From NCBI GenBank assembly GCA_002269645.1, contig NIVC01001067.1:69107-133106 (forward strand): a stretch of 64,000 bases of DNA. Direction: 5' to 3'. Within the stretch, counting starts at the first letter, position 1. Every line of letters starts with the position of its first letter. The DNA comes from Macrostomum lignano (Eukaryota). A program made the position numbers and the translations under genes. Below the pieces are notes generated by a model that saw only the letters and a program-made list of their open reading frames with translations, was not told where the DNA came from and did no database searches. Positions 26,226 through 49,448 of this stretch are shown here, one piece after another.

Positions 26226-27014
26226 ATGGCACCGAATGAACTGGCTGAGTGGTACTGGAATGTACCGCGCCTGTCTCGCTACTGGTTCACTGGCAGCGTT
26301 GTCCTGCCATTGCTCGGGCGCATCGGCCTATTGAGTCCCTACTCAATGATTCTTGTCTGGGAGAAGCTTGCTTATAGCTTCCATATCTGGCGTCCAATCA
26401 CAGCCCTGCTGTACTATCCCATATCGCCTCAGACAGGATTTCACTATCTGATTAATTTGTACTTCCTGTATTCGTACTCCACCGCTCTGGAGTCTGGTCA
26501 GTTTGCTGGCAATCCAGCTGAGTATGCTTTTCTATTGCTGTTCTGCTGGATCTGTCTGGTTGCTCTTGGTTGCGCTGTTGGTCTGTACCTGCTGATGGAC
26601 CCGATGGTGTTGGCCGTGCTGTACATCTGGTGCCAGTTAAATCGGGACACCATTGTGCAGTTCTGGTTCGGCATGCAATTCAAAGCCATGTACCTGCCTT
26701 GGGTATTGCTGGCCTTTAATATGATTATTCAGGGCGGTGGCTTCACTGAACTGCTTGGCATCCTTGTTGGCCATCTGTACTTCTTCTTGGCCTTCAAATA
26801 TCCTCAGGATTTGGGCGGCCGTCAGCTGATTGGAGCTCCGGAATTTCTTTATCGCCTGTTGCCTAGGCAACGCGGTGGCGTCTCCGGCTTCGGAGTGCCG
26901 CCTAGCAACAGGCGACGCGAAGATGGCACCGACGGAGCCGGCGATGACGAAAGACGCGGTGGCTGGTTTCAGAACCGGTTCCCCGGGGCTGGACACCGGT
27001 TGGGTCAGGATTGA
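26226..27014 (+). CDS. DERL1: Derlin-1 (ERAD rhomboid pseudoprotease), single coding exon, 262 aa
   Basis: RYWF...LPLLGRIGLLSP, IWRPITALLYYPISPQTGFHYLINLYFLYSYSTALE, FWFGMQFKAMYLPWVL, GILVGHLYFFL, and a C-terminal SHP box FPGAGHRLG. Confidence 0.95.
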   Translation: MAPNELAEWYWNVPRLSRYWFTGSVVLPLLGRIGLLSPYSMILVWEKLAYSFHIWRPITALLYYPISPQTGFHYLINLYFLYSYSTALESGQFAGNPAEYAFLLLFCWICLVALGCAVGLYLLMDPMVLAVLYIWCQLNRDTIVQFWFGMQFKAMYLPWVLLAFNMIIQGGGFTELLGILVGHLYFFLAFKYPQDLGGRQLIGAPEFLYRLLPRQRGGVSGFGVPPSNRRREDGTDGAGDDERRGGWFQNRFPGAGHRLGQD

Positions 27015-27149
27015 GACGGATTTGGCTCGCTGATGAACGTGTGTTGTTTAACACTATCTAGTAACTATTGTAGATGTACTTTTCCCTGTTCAGTTTTCAA
27101 CTTGTACTTTGATTTCTGTTATTCAGCTTGACACTAGACCCTAGCACTG

Positions 27150-27860
27150 TTCTTGGATTTGAGGGCGATTCTTTGTGTGGATTTGAGGGCGATTCTTGAT
27201 GGGAATTTGAGGCCGATTTGTTGATGGGGATTTGAGGGCGATTCTTGATGGGGATTTGAGGCCGATTCTTGATGGGGATTTAAGGGCGATTCTTGATGGG
27301 AATTTGAGGCCGATTCTTGATGGGGATTTGAGGCCGATTCTTGATGGGGATTTGAGGCCGATTCTTGATGGGGATTTGAGGCCGATTCTTGATGGGGATT
27401 TGAGAGCGATTCTTGATGGGGATTTGAGGCCGATTCTTGATGGGGATTTGAGAGCGATTCTTGATGTGGATTTGAGGCCGATTGTTGATGGAAATTTGAT
27501 GGCGATTCTTGATGGGGATTTGAGGCCGATTCTTGATGGGGACTTGAGGGCGATTCTTGATGAGGACTTAAGGGCGATTCTTGATGAGGACTTAAGGGCG
27601 ATTCTTGATGGGGATTTGAGGGCGATTCTTGCTGAGGATTTGAGGGCGATTCTTGATGGGGATTTGAGGCCGATTCTTGATGGGGATTTGAGGCCGATTC
27701 TTGATGGGGATTTGAGGCCGATTCTTGATGGGGATTTGAGGGCGATTCTTGATGGGGATCTGAGGCCGATTTGTTGATGGGGATTTGAGGTTTTTTTTGG
27801 GGGATTTGAGGATACTTCTTGATTTGGATTTGAGGGGGATTCTTGAAAGGAATTCGATGG
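27150..27860 (-). repeat. Tandem array, reverse complement of the 24-bp unit at 24131-24843
   Basis: gatggggatttgag(g/c)gcgattctt repeats; the translations DGDLRAIL and KSPSRIGL mirror the upstream array. Confidence 0.9.
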
Positions 27861-28392
27861 GATCTTCAAAGTTTTTTAATTTAAATTTTAATCTCTAATT
27901 ATAAGAAGCTTGTTACTGACCAAAACTTTCATCACAAATATTTCTCCTAAATTCGGAATAAGATGTTTTATGAAAGTGATGCATATAGTCTCATTCTGTA
28001 TCCTTTTTGCGTTTGCCTTCTTGTCATGGAATTTGTGTGTTTGTTTTGCTTATTTAAACTGTTTTGGTTTGGTGTTTACTTCAATTCATGTAATATAGAG
28101 CAGCTCCAGCAAGGTTTTGTGTTTTCATTTAGTTCATCAAGCAACAAATGAGAAAGCTCACTTGTGTTGTGTCTTCATAGCTTGTGTTGTGTCTGTTTTG
28201 TCCTGTCTCAAAGTTTTCTTTTCTGTCAAGGATTACTTTTTATCAATATATTATTTAACATGCTAAATGGATACAGATTGTCACTTGTCTGTGCCGCGTT
28301 TTCTCTTATCGGAATTTGAAACTAACCGAGCCGTTTTTTTGTTTATTAAGAGCTAATCAAAAACGAAAATATAATTATATTGATGGATTTGC

Positions 28393-35111
<6,719 letters not shown>

Positions 35112-36219
35112 TGCGCTTGTACAATGCTTTTAAGTGTCCAAAAATATCCTAAATAAAATTATCCTCATCTATCTACTGAAAGTAGAAATTCAAGAAAATT
35201 CTGTATTCGGAAAAAGATATTCTTGAAATACTTTTATTAGTAGTCTGTGCAGGTTTTCATCTAGGTTCAGTGTTTACAGTTGATAATTTTAGAGATTTAA
35301 TTATAGTCTACAAAATGTACTTTTGCTGTGCACTTTCCTCGATTTGTATTAGTTATAAATATACTAATGTTTTAATTGACCTTCAATTGTTCCCCTATTT
35401 TATGGTCAATTTTCTATCCTATTTTTCCTAGCTATGAATATAATTGTGTTGTGTTTCTCTTAGGTATGTTTTTTCGCATGTCATAAAATAATATCTATAA
35501 TCTGTTTCATAATGTTTGCATACCTACTGGTTATTGTTATTAATATGCTAGCATTTATTAATCTCTCCAAGTGTGTGTTTGCTGCAAATGTAAAGAAAAT
35601 TTATTAATTATGATTATTATTCATTAGTTGTTATTGATTCAGTTGTATTCGCTGATTGAGTGGAAGATTGACAAGCCATGGACAAATTTAACAATGGTAC
35701 TCCACGGCCATTGTGAGGCATTCTCAGCGGCTGTCAGGCTAATGCTGATCGACTTAATTTGGCCTACTAATCTTCTGATGAATGATATTGTAATGAATTA
35801 TACAGCTGCTACCGTATTATGCTACTCACAAGTAGAGTGTGTACCAGCTGTTACAAATATCTACTTTGCGTATTAAACTAAATGATAATACTTGCCTCTG
35901 ATTATAAAATTACTTTTTTGTATCACTTGTGTGGCCGTTGGTGATTTTGGATTCAATTTGTATTGTTTATTGTATGATTGAAAAATGTTTGCATACATCA
36001 AATTACATTACATAGCATGTCGTGGTTTTAATGTGTATATTTTGAATAGCAATGATGCTTATTTAAAGTGCATTGTGTTCGAGCTTTTGTGTTGTTCTCT
36101 TAAGCACACCCGTTATTACGGTGCGTTCCGGGTTCGATTCCGGGTTTGTGCTTTTTTCTGAAACATCGCACTTTCACTGACAATCTGACGGTGAATGTTA
36201 CAGAAAGAAAGTGGCACTC

Positions 36220-36480
36220 ACAGACACGCATTAAGGAGAGGCAGGCAGGCAGGCAGGCAGACAGACAGACAGACAGAGAGGCAGGCAGACAGACAAACAA
36301 ACAGACAGAGGCAGGCAGACAGACAGACAGAGGCAGGCAGACAGACAGAAAGACAGACAAAGGCAGGCAGACAGACAAACAGACAGACAGACAGAGGCAG
36401 GCAGACAGATAGAGGCAGGCAGACAGACAGAAAGGCAGACAGACACAGACAGGCAGACAGACAGACAGAAAGACAGACGG
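36220..36480. repeat. (CAGA/CAGG)n microsatellite between the NudE and DYRK 3' ends
   Basis: Read directly from the sequence. Confidence 0.9.
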
Positions 36481-37665
36481 ATGCTTATCAAAAGTGCTAA
36501 AGTTTTTATAGAGTGCGTTCCAGGTTCGAATTTGTAACAACGCATGAAAAGCGGTGATTTTCGAACAGGTCCCGCGCAGTCACTCCCATAATCTGTCAAT
36601 ACAGCATTCTCAAGCCACTGGAGAAGTTGATTGCAACAGGTGGAGACTGTGTTAATCAGGCTTCATTGATACGTGATGATGATGCAGAACACAATTTGTT
36701 TCTTGAGTCAACCAGAAAGCAGAAATGACAGCAGAGAGCTTGTAGTTGCTTCCGTTTTTGGTTTAGGAAACCATCTGCTACTACTTAAAGTACACGATTA
36801 AAAAATAAATGAAGACTTATAGAAAATAATAATTAATAAACATTTTTATAGACAAGGTGACAAAGCCCACTCGTTAAAAAATAATATTACTTAAAGCTTT
36901 GGTTGTGAAATTGATAAAATAAAATCTTTTTTCAATCAGTCGATTGGCATAATCTAGTTTTGAACAATTTAACAGCATGCTCAAATCAAATCAAGTAACA
37001 ATCTAGTAAATAGAAAACTGGAAAGTGGAGCAACTCTAGGAATCGCCAAACTAATCAAAAATACTATATAAGAAAATGTGAAGCACAAGGCGGGGCTGTG
37101 AGCAACTGTTAGTGGAATACACGATAGAAAACATTTGCACAAATATGTCAAAAGGCCCTTGCTAAACCTGTGGTAAATGGGTGTGCAAAATTCACAGGTG
37201 CGCTATCTGATTCTCAGCGGCTAAATTCAATCAGGAAGCAGGGATTCAAAAATAGCAAATTATACAAAACAATAATAATAATAAGTTGTTCATTTTGAAT
37301 TCGTTTTCTGGAGAGATTAGTGTGTAAAAACAGTGCAAGATGTGTACACAACAGGCCTTCATCAAATTCTATAAATCTAACTATAAGAAACTCAGCAATT
37401 AGCAAGAATATAAAATATCGATACAATCTAAGTTAATGCTCTAATTACCCTACTTAAAGTAGAAAAACTCGCATTTCTCAATTTAACCGTAGATTTAAAT
37501 CTGCAAGATTAAAACAATTCGCTTACTGTTCTACTGAGCGCGGTAACAGTTAGTAGGCTGCTACGTAAAAGACACGCGAAATTGATTGGATTCATTTAAA
37601 TTTCGAATGAACCGTCAAATAAAAAATCCCACGCTGATTAATAAGTGTCAGACAGCTGTCTGTCC

Positions 37666-42520
<4,855 letters not shown>

Positions 42521-45490
42521 AGCTTTGCACTTTACCAGCCTTAGTAGTCTGAGAGAGTTCTCTGTTGGGTGTTGCTGCTTCAACAAGTGCCAGTTTTAAT
42601 GCTATTCAATGTTTAATATCCAAGTCATGTAGATATTCTTGAACAATTAATAGTATCTATCTTCTAGTTAAAATCTGAAATTTGAATGAAATAAGCAAGC
42701 AATAGATAAAAAAGCAATATTTTTTCAATAAAAAAGTAGGAAAAATTCAGTTATATCTGATTTATATTCATTATAAAAGCTACTATATTATCTAATAGAC
42801 ACCAACAGAAATTAATCTACAAAAACAAAAAAGTAAATAAAAATAGAATAATGCTAACAAAAATCAGGAATAAACAAGGACTAACAACCATAGCCTCATA
42901 GGACAATTTTGCTATTAATAAGAATATTATGATTTAGTTATAATGATAATCTTGCAAAAATGCAATCAAAAAGCTTGATTTTTCATTTGCAATTTCAAAT
43001 AAAGTAAAGAACTTATTGCTTGTTTATAAAATTATAGGACAAAAATAATGTAGGATTGTAAGTGTAAGACAATTAAAATTGTCATTAGAATAGGCCCCTG
43101 CTTTACATTTTTAAAGAACTAGCATTGTAAAACATTATTATTCAGCCATTTAAAGGCAATGATCCAGGCCTCTTCATGAATTAACTTTGATTTGTGAATT
43201 TTTTTGTAGAATAACACTGTATTGTGACACTACACATTGCATATATGCTTATGTCATAATAATTACTAATACTATGCATTTTCAAAGCATCTACCTGCTC
43301 TGTCTCTTCCTAAAAAGCTTGCTTGCTGAAGCTTTGATTTGGCAATCCTCGGCCTGAGCAGAAACTTTTATATAGAATTGGTGTACACCATGGGTCCAAG
43401 ACGAGGCCAGACCAGACAAGACAAGGTAGTACTAGTACTAGTCTAGTCTAGACTTCTGTCTTAAAACTTAAAGTCTAAAGCTAAGAAAACTAAAATATAA
43501 AATAAAATTGAATTTTTTGTGTAGGCAATATCTTACTAACCGCGAACTCAAAATATACTGATGAGTTTTAAAAGGCCTGTATTTGATATTTCACAAACTT
43601 CATCATGAAACTTGTTAAATAGTGGGGATTATAAGAGACCTTATTTCTCGTTTGTATCCAGTAATTAAGGCATCTTATGGTGATTAGTGATATTTCTGTA
43701 AGCTGCTTACTTTTTAAGACGACATTTTTATTGTACTTCAAAACATTTTATTGTTAAGGTGATGCGTTAGGGCGATGATGATAAAAATATGATTATGCTA
43801 ATTTTGTTTTAAAAAGCAAAAAACTTGACGAGTTTGACCTGTTAATAGCTAAGTAACCTAAGTTCGACACATAGCATACGATTGGAATTGTAAAATTGCA
43901 CAGAAATTTCAAACATTTCTGTGCTTTATCATTTTATAGCCATTCATCATTAGATAACACCATCATCCCGAAAAATCATTGGCTTAGTAATATACACGGT
44001 CTGCTTGCATCAGTTTTAATTAAAACATATTTTGTTGCACCGCTAGCGTTAAATTCTTTCCTAGCTCATCATCGTCCTTCAGCGTCTTCTACACTGAGTG
44101 ACATATATACGGACATGAAGTCAGGCACGGTGCTTCTCTTGCTGGCGATATACTTACTTCACGTCGAATTCGTACGCCATCGCAGCCTGTCAGCCCATGA
44201 CATGTCGCAGTCGCCTGTGCCCTGTGCCAGCATGATGATTGGTTGAGTAAGGCCATGCAGCGAGAGGGCCAGCAGTCAGGCCCTTGTCGCTGATCCCATA
44301 GCTTTCTCAAACGTATCCTCAGGCATGCACACTCTATGTATAATTATACTCTCCTTTGGATGAAATTGCAGAAATCTTTGACCACGCGGTTTACATGTAC
44401 TTTTACGAGGCCTAGGCCGGTTTTAGTGTAAATAGTTGAAGGATCTGCTCCTGCCGCCCCCTGACTTTCACTAATACAGAGACTTCATTGAGGCAATGAA
44501 GCTGGACAATAAAACAAAAGATTTTGCGGGACCCACTACACGAGTTAGAATCCATTCACCATTGCCTTAAGCGCATTAATTGTGATCCCTCCGGGTTGCT
44601 AGGGTGAAAAAATGGTAGCTATATATATTGAAAGAGGTTAGAGTGCCGCAACGTGCGCGGCCTCATCAAAATCCTACGAGGTACATGTATAGCCCGGGTG
44701 CTTTGGCCTTGGTAACCCGGGGCAGCAGAGTTAGGAAAATGATGCTGGTAGTGTAGGATACTGCAGGGGCCTTGATGCTGGTGGGTTGGCACGCACAAAG
44801 CCTCTGGATAGATAGAGATGGGAAAAAGACAGAAGAGGCTGCATATTTTTTAGACCTGCATGACATGCGCAAGTTAGAGAGTGGTAAAGATCGAGGCCGC
44901 TGCGTAACAAAATTTCAGGTCTTCAATGGCGATTTTAATTTTTCCCCAAAAGCCATTGATGAAATAATTCGTAGGGAGGTTTTGACAGCTTCTTTTTCTT
45001 CTTTTCTTCCACCGCCCCACAACGCTGCCGCTGGCAGCTGGGGGGAGGGCGCTCAGAGGCGCCCCAACCTGCGAAGGAGGGCGATAAGGGGCTCCGGGTC
45101 GTCGCGGATGTCCCTCTCGTCCTCAGTGCTCGCCCGAAGGGCGTCGCCGCGTGGGCATTCAAGGATGATATGCTCCTCCGTGTCGGGCGCCCCGCAATCG
45201 GGACAGCTGGCGTTCTCAGTCAGGCCGACCCGGTGACGTGTGGCCCCGGCCAGGGTGGAGCACCCGGCTCTGAGTTGGTTAATCGCCACCGTTTCTTTCC
45301 TGGTCAGGTGTCGTGGTGGTCGTTGCCAGGGGCGTCCAAGCAGTTCCTGGTCGCGGGCGGACCGCGCGCGTCGGATGGCGGCCTTGGCGGCCTGCAGCGT
45401 AATGGGTTCGTCCTGCTGTTGGCCGCGTCTAGCTTCGTTGGCGCAGCGGTCTGCTTGCTCGTTGCCCGGGACGTCGCAGTGGGCCGGGAC

Positions 45491-45635
45491 CACGGACTAC
45501 TTAAGTAGAAGGACGCGACACGCGCAAAACGTGCAAATTTTATTGGAGGCTGAATATTCAATTTTATGTAGCTCGACTCCAGAAACTCGCCGAAGTGTAG
45601 TTTTTTCTATATAAACGACAATTAAGTAGTCCGTG
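45491..45635. mobile_element. 145-bp MITE (probably P superfamily) inserted in the LINE RNase H
   Basis: Perfect 14-bp TIRs CACGGACTACTTAA / TTAAGTAGTCCGTG. 8-bp TSD GCCGGGAC at 45483-45490 and 45636-45643. Removing it restores FVWVPAHCDVPGNE in frame. Confidence 0.9.
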
Positions 45636-48600
45636 GCCGGGACCCAGACGAAGTCGCACGGGCGCGACATGTGGGCCAGTACCTCCCAGCAGCGGCTTCC
45701 GGCGGCGGTGACCTGCCTACTGGGGCCGCTCTGGAGGGCCGTGAGTGCTGATTTGGAGTCGCTGAGGATCCGCACTGTAAGGCCGTGCTCTGGCGGGAGT
45801 TGAGTAATGTAGTCGAGGGCGGCGCTGATCGCGACCATGTCCGCCTGGAAGCTGCATGCGATCCGGCCAGCCGGGGCGGTGATCTTTTGGCACCAGAGGC
45901 GGGTGCAGACCACCGCGGCACCCCATGCGTCGTGGATGCCCTCCTTGACGCTGCCGTCCGTCCACGCGTCGATGTCACAGGGTGTTAGCTGCTCGAGAGC
46001 TGACATCGCCCTGTCGCGGCGGACGCTCGTCGGGACTGCTCTGCCGCAGCCGTCGGCGAGGGTGAAGTCAAAAGTATGGCTGTACCGGTTGAGCGCGAGG
46101 TGTGCCAGGTCGGGCGGCGGTGGCGGGAACGGCTCTCTGGGCCGGTCTTCGAGGCCACAGGGACCGGTGATTTCTCTCGCGATTCGCCACCAGCAGCCGC
46201 GGAAAGGGCGCTTGTAATCATTGTCTAGTAGCGCGTTAAAATTTGCCTCTTCTTGTCGGCGGGCGCTCTCGTAGGCGCGGTTTCGTAGTCTGCTGGTGGT
46301 GTCTCTGGCCGCAGTCCAGTGTGCTGGGACGTCCTCCGGGAGGCGCAGCACCCGTTCTCGGAGGCAGGCGGCGCGTTCCAGGATGGTGTGGCCAAAGGGG
46401 GGAGGTTGGCCGTCCGAAGCAGCTCCGTGGTTCGAGTTGGGAGCATACATCCGGTGATGATTCTTGCGCAGCTGTTCTGTTGCTGTTCGATAAGCAGTTT
46501 GGTGCTCGGTGCCGCGCTGGCTCCCCAGACTCCGCATCCGTATTCGGCCACGGCGCGGATGGTTGCCTGGTAGGCCGTCCGGAGCCCCTCCTGGGTGGCT
46601 CCTACCGCGCGGTTCGCGAGGTCGGCAAGAGCGCGTCGGCGTCGGCTCATGCGGCGGCAGACGTTGGCTGCGTGCTGGGCGAAGTTCAGCTGACAGTCCA
46701 GGATGAGGCCCAGGAAGGTCGGGTGTTCTTCAAACTGGAGTGGCTCGCCGGCTAGCTCGATCGGGACCCGGAGCTTGCCGTTCACCTCGTTGGGGGCGAG
46801 CGTGAATGTTGAGTAGTTGCACTTGCTGGTACTCAGGGTGATTTTCCACTCTTTGGTCCAGTTGGCTATAGCGTCGAGTGCCGGTTGTATCCTGGCTCCG
46901 CAGCTCGCCAGTGAGGGCTGGGTGCTGAGGACAGCCGAATCATCGGCGTAGAGGCTGATGCCGCAGTCCGGCGCTGCTGTCGTGACTGCCTCCTCTAGGT
47001 CATTCACGTAGATGTTCCAGAGAGTTGGCGCCAGGACCGAGCCTTGTGGGAGTCCCTCTCGGAAGACGCGCTGGCGGCTCAGGGTGCGCCCGAAGCGGAC
47101 TCTTGCGCGTCGGTCGGAAAGGAAGGCTTCCGTCCAGCCGATGGTGTTCTGGTCGATCTTTACTCGAGTCATCTTCACAACGAGGCCTTCCTTCCAGACC
47201 GTTTCGTAGGCTCCTTTGAAGTCCATGCACGCGAGGATGCTCCTGTGCGGTGGAGAGCGTTCCAGGCCGTCGAAGATGTCCTGACAGACCCTGGCGAGCT
47301 GCTCCTCGGTGCTGCGGCCTCTGCGGAATCCGGCTTGTGCCGGGGACAGGGAGCCGTTGGTTTCGAGCTGGCGGTTGAGTCTTTGGAGCACCATCCTCTC
47401 CGCACATTTGGCGATGCAGCTCGTAAGGGCCACCGGTCGGTAGGATGTTGGGAGGGTGGCGTCTTTTCCTTTTTTGGCAATTGGGATGATGATTGCCGAC
47501 CTCCAGCTTCTGGGGCAGCGCTGTTGTATCCACGTGCGGTTGATGAGGTCCAGGAGGCGTTGGTCGGTGGCCGGTGGGAGGCGTTTGAGCATCTCGTTGG
47601 TAACGCCGTCTTCCCCGGCGCTTTTGCCGGATTTGAGTTGTCGGATAGCTGATCTGAGCTCCAGGAGAGTGAAGGGTACCGGCGGCTGGGCTGGTCGTCT
47701 CCTGGCGCGTCTTGCCTCGTAGCGGATCTTGTAGTCCTCCTGTCGGCGGGGGACCCTGGCGGCAGCGGCGTAGATTTGGCAGAAAGTGTCTGCCTTTTCT
47801 TTGTCGGTGCGCACCGGTCGGAGCTCGACGCCGTCGACCGACTTCCGGGTGATGTCGACTTTGCCGCGCGGGACTGGCGTATCTCCTCTGGCTGCGCGCA
47901 GGAGCCGGAAGAGGTTGCTATCAACCGTCATTTCGCTGGCGCGGTCTTCCAGGAAGCCTCTGCGCTCTTTGCGGATGGTATTGCTGGCGGTATGTCGAGC
48001 TGCGTTGTAGGCCGCGAGGTTTTCTGGAGTCGGATCGGACTCGGGCGTCGCCCTTGCTCTGATGCAGGCTTGTCGGCTGATTTCGCAGTCTGGGGTCCAG
48101 AAAGGGCAGCGGTTGTTTTTGGGGCTGCCTCTGGGGATCGCCTGAGTGGCGGCCTCGATGATGTCGGCGCAGAGGGCCGCGTGTTCAGGGTCCACGTCAC
48201 CCCAGTCCTGGGGTCCTTGGATGTCAGCTAGATGTTGTCTGAAGGCGGGCCAGTCGGCCTTGGCGAAGCTCCAGCGAGTGATACCGTGCTTGAGTTCGCG
48301 CCTTGCCATTGCCAGCGGGAAGGTGATGGGGAGATGGTCGCTGCCCATATCCTTTTCGGTCCTCCAACCCGCCGGGATGATCGCGGTCAGGAATCCCTTT
48401 GCCAGCGTCAGATCGGGTGAGCTCCGGGATCCGCTGCTCGGGCTGCTCCTGGTGTGGCTGGTTCCGTTACAGACGTGGAGGCCGTTAGTCGCGCTCCAGT
48501 GTTCGATGAGGTGTCCCCTAGCGTCTTCATCGGTCCACCTGTCCCAGCAGCCGTGGCCGTTGAAATCGCCACAGATGATGGAGTTGGGGCCCACGGGCAG

Positions 48601-49448
48601 GGTGTCGAAGTTCGGAGTCCAAGTGTCCTGGCGCTGGGCGCTGGTTGGCGGGGCGTAGATATTAACGACGGTGATGGGGGACTTGCCGGTGATGTGAAGG
48701 ACGATGGCGGCCGCATCGAGTTTGCCTTGGTCCTGTGCGATCGTGGGTAGTGTGCTGTACCTCACGTCCGAGCGAGTCATGATCAGGACGCCGCCCCTGC
48801 TGGTTGGTTTTTTTTGCCTTTTTGGTTTTCTCCCGGCTAGTGGCGCGCCCGTCTCCTCTCGTTCTCTGGCCTCGGTTTGCTCGGGGCCTGCATCTGTGCC
48901 TGGCCACGGGGCGTCGCGTTCGGTACAGGCGGTACGTCCACTGCGGCATCCGCGGCACCATCTGGCCCGATCGTCTGGAAAGCGGAGGCGGCACCGTGGT
49001 CTCGTCACTCGCCTGGTCGCGGTGCGGGCCACAGGTCGTTGCTGTTGCTGTTGTTGGGTGCCGGTATTGTTGGTGTCCGTGTTGTCGTCTCGAGCGCTCT
49101 CCGTTTCCTCGTTGTAGGGGAGTCCGTCGACTCGCGCTGCGATGCAGTAGTCGGTTGGGGGGGGGGGGTGAACTCCTCGTCGGGCACGAGCTTTGTCTCC
49201 TAAGGGCCTAAGGAGGAGGGCCGGGCGGTTCTTGGCGAGCCAATGGGTCAGCTCTGTGAGGCGTGCTTTCAGTCCGTTGGCGTTGAACTGAAGTGCTCGG
49301 AGCTCTTGATCCGGCTCTGCGCTGGGCCGTCCGTCTCGACGTTTCCGGGCGCTACGGCGTGTCTTGCGGTGGTTGGCTGGGGCGATGGTGGAGTCGCCGC
49401 CTCGCAGCCTGAGCACCGTGTGCATCTCTTCGCAGGTTCGGTGGTAGG

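Noticed and set aside
36120-36540. Pol III B-box-like GGTTCGATTCC / GGTTCGAAT as a tRNA
   Set aside because: No cloverleaf or A-box at proper spacing; at best a SINE remnant.
49323-49346. GNVETDGPA resembling a 2A peptide in the 49269-49520 frame
   Set aside because: It lacks the essential NPGP and is not in the transposon's coding frame.
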